A DNA stretch of 64,000 bases from Jimgerdemannia flammicorona (taxonomy: Eukaryota): NCBI GenBank assembly GCA_003990765.1, contig RBNJ01000001.1, positions 1-64,000 on the forward strand. The letters run 5' to 3'. The translations under genes were made by a program, and so were the position numbers. Each line of letters opens with the position of its first letter. Positions within the stretch are counted from its first letter, which is position 1. Shown piece after piece: positions 62,139 through 64,000 of the stretch. The notes beneath the pieces were generated by a model. It was given only the letters and a program-made list of their open reading frames with translations, was not told where the DNA came from and did no database searches.

Positions 62139-62904
62139 TGTAATAGAATGAGGTATGATGAGCGATCATATGATCCAGCAATGATATAATCATATGATTG
62201 AGTGTAACATATGAATGATAAATGTAATGAAGAATGTGAATGATGCAAAAAATGATATCCAGCTTATCTCTGACAATCAGTGCTACAGCAACTATTATCA
62301 CAGTAGCTGATCATTGCTTAGTAATTGAGGTCCTGATCACAAAGTTGTTTTTGCCAAAAACTATCTGACAAAGATTGTGATCACAAACCTCATTATAGTT
62401 ACCAAATTAGTCACTCATACTTAGTCAGAAATCATGGACCAACTTGTATAAATACCCCCCAGTTTTCATCTGAAATAAAGCAGTTTTAGTTCAATCTTTG
62501 ATATATATAAGATTCAAGTCTCCCCCCCACACACATATTCTCCTGAGTCTTAGTAATGACATCTAAGTGACTCTAGTATTTCTGACTAAACTCCAGAAGC
62601 CTAGCTAACTTCTGCTAGAACTGAGACCAGTATATAAATCTCCAAAAGACTTAAGTAAACCCATTAAACCTAAATTCCAAGGCAAATTCAGTCTGGACAC
62701 AGCAAAGAATAAGACCCTTGCAAGATAGGGCAAAGAGAAAGACCTTTGAAAGATAAGACACTGCCACTACAATTACTTTTAAAGTGAGTACTTTCTCAAA
62801 CTGAAGGCTTCTTGATATATATTGTATACTGAGTCTCTAAGTAATACTCTTACTTCCCTAATTATTCAAAGGATAAGAGAGAGGTAGAAGTGAGAGTTAT
62901 TATA
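62139..62904 (+). repeat. 3' LTR of Gypsy D
   Basis: Direct repeat of 30062-30820; terminal CA decayed to TA. Confidence 0.95.
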
Positions 62905-62909
62905 GTCTT

Positions 62910-63174
62910 TCTCTTCATCTCTGGCTATTTGGACTTTTATTTTCTACTAAATAGCTATATCTCCTCATAGTAGTACTTTTGTATAAGTAACTGACTCCTC
63001 ATTTAATATATTCATTATTACTAAGTACTGATTCAGATTGAAGAGCCAGGTTTCAATATCACCACTTCTTCTATTATGGAGTTCAGGTGGTAGTAACGTG
63101 AGGTAAGTCTTCTTATTTTCAGTAGAGGAGTCTGCTATTGGTTCTTTGCCTTTAGAATCCAATACTGCCTCCAT
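62910..63174 (-). pseudogene. gag: Gypsy A gag N-terminal part
   Basis: PPELHNRRSGDIETWLFNLNQYL is gag-like and lies just downstream of the A 5' LTR and a decayed PBS. Confidence 0.75.
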
Positions 63175-63325
63175 TGCTTATATCTTTGCTTATATCTCTT
63201 GATAGATCTGCATTAGCTATACTATTTGTTTTTGAAGCTATTGTACAACTTCTGCAGAAGCCATAGTATTGAAAAGAGTTTGTACTAGTAAGGGGGTGAG
63301 ATTTAACTTTTCCACTACTACTAAT

Positions 63326-63795
63326 TATAATAAACATATATATTATAGAGAATAATTATACTTATTGAAGTATAAGAGTGCTTTAATATAGTTAAATTAG
63401 ATGAAATCTGAGACTTTAGACTATATATTAGCAAATGTCTAAATAGAAATATATAACTAGATTTTAAGAAATAGAACTTGAGAAGTTTAATTGTCTTCAA
63501 GAGATTCAAGAAAATGTGTGATAACTAACTAAACTGAGTTTTATTGAGATATTTTGAAGGAGTATTTATATAAGAGAAATAGAAAGAAAAAGAAATAGAT
63601 AAAGCATTACTAAGCTAAATACTAAGTAATAAGTTATACTTGGAACTATTTAAAAAACAAATTCTTAGTAAATAACTAAGTAATTCTATACTATTTTAAA
63701 CTATTCTAAAATGCTCTACCGAATAATATGATAAAAAAAAAAAAAAAAAAAAATTCAGCAAAAAGAAAATAGAATATATATAGAGAATTATTATA
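63326..63795 (-). repeat. 5' LTR of Gypsy A
   Basis: Direct repeat of 8312-8839 with an internal deletion and an A-run expansion. Confidence 0.85.
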
Positions 63796-64000
63796 TATAA
63801 AATCAAATAAGTAAGTTTAGATAAATATAATAGTTTATTATGTGATAATAAGTTACTAAAAATTATTAATAAAATAGCTAATAGAAATTATAATGAAATT
63901 TTTAAAGTAAATTTCAATATAGTAATTATATACTATATATTATATATATAACTATATATAGATATATTCAGTATACTATATTTAGCTATAACTTTTTTTT

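Larger units (their letters stand above)
30062..62904 (+). mobile_element. Gypsy D: chromovirus, gag-dUTPase-CHCC-PR-RT-RH-INT-chromo-ORF3, hosting four insertions
   Basis: About 760-bp LTRs 30062-30820 and 62139-62904; perfect 5-bp TSD GTCTT (30057-30061, 62905-62909); PBS TGGTAGCA; PPT AAGAGAAGTAGGA. Confidence 0.95.
8312..63795 (-). mobile_element. Gypsy A: outermost, oldest Ty3/Gypsy chromovirus, split by insertions B, C and D
   Basis: Direct repeats 8312-8839 and 63326-63795; TSD TATAG/TATAA; PPT-like purine run next to 8840. gag-pol reads through once B, C and D are removed. No dUTPase or extra 3' ORF seen. Confidence 0.85.

Noticed and set aside
1-64000. Assigning the host species or lineage
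   Set aside because: Element types and short AT-rich introns suggest a fungus, but no host gene is present to support a name.

Overview
This is eukaryotic, most likely fungal, transposon-rich DNA with no confidently identifiable host gene. After about 600 bp of CpG-intact sequence and a full-length decayed L1/Tx1-like LINE (603-6465, minus), most of the window is one nested stack. An old Ty3/Gypsy chromovirus A (LTRs 8312-8839 and 63326-63795) contains Gypsy B (9494-19668), Gypsy C (22686-29350) and chromovirus D (30062-62904). D in turn contains a second LINE copy (31010-36883), a two-gene hAT DNA transposon (39237-45031), a retroposed poly(A)-tailed 9-bp repeat (46448-47889) and chromovirus E (48304-58946). 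Each of these insertions has an identifiable target-site duplication (TSD). All elements are pseudogenised by C>T/G>A transitions, strongest at CpG. Main observation: the four dUTPase-bearing Gypsy families (B, C, D, E) each carry an apparently homologous, unannotated, non-env accessory ORF 3' of pol. In E it lies inside a 2-kb LTR as part of a two-gene cassette with its own TATA. Three of them share a Cys/His motif between dUTPase and protease, and the 5' LTR of D keeps a sharply bounded CpG island that its 3' twin has lost. All calls come from manual reading and translation; no searches were run, and domain boundaries are approximate.
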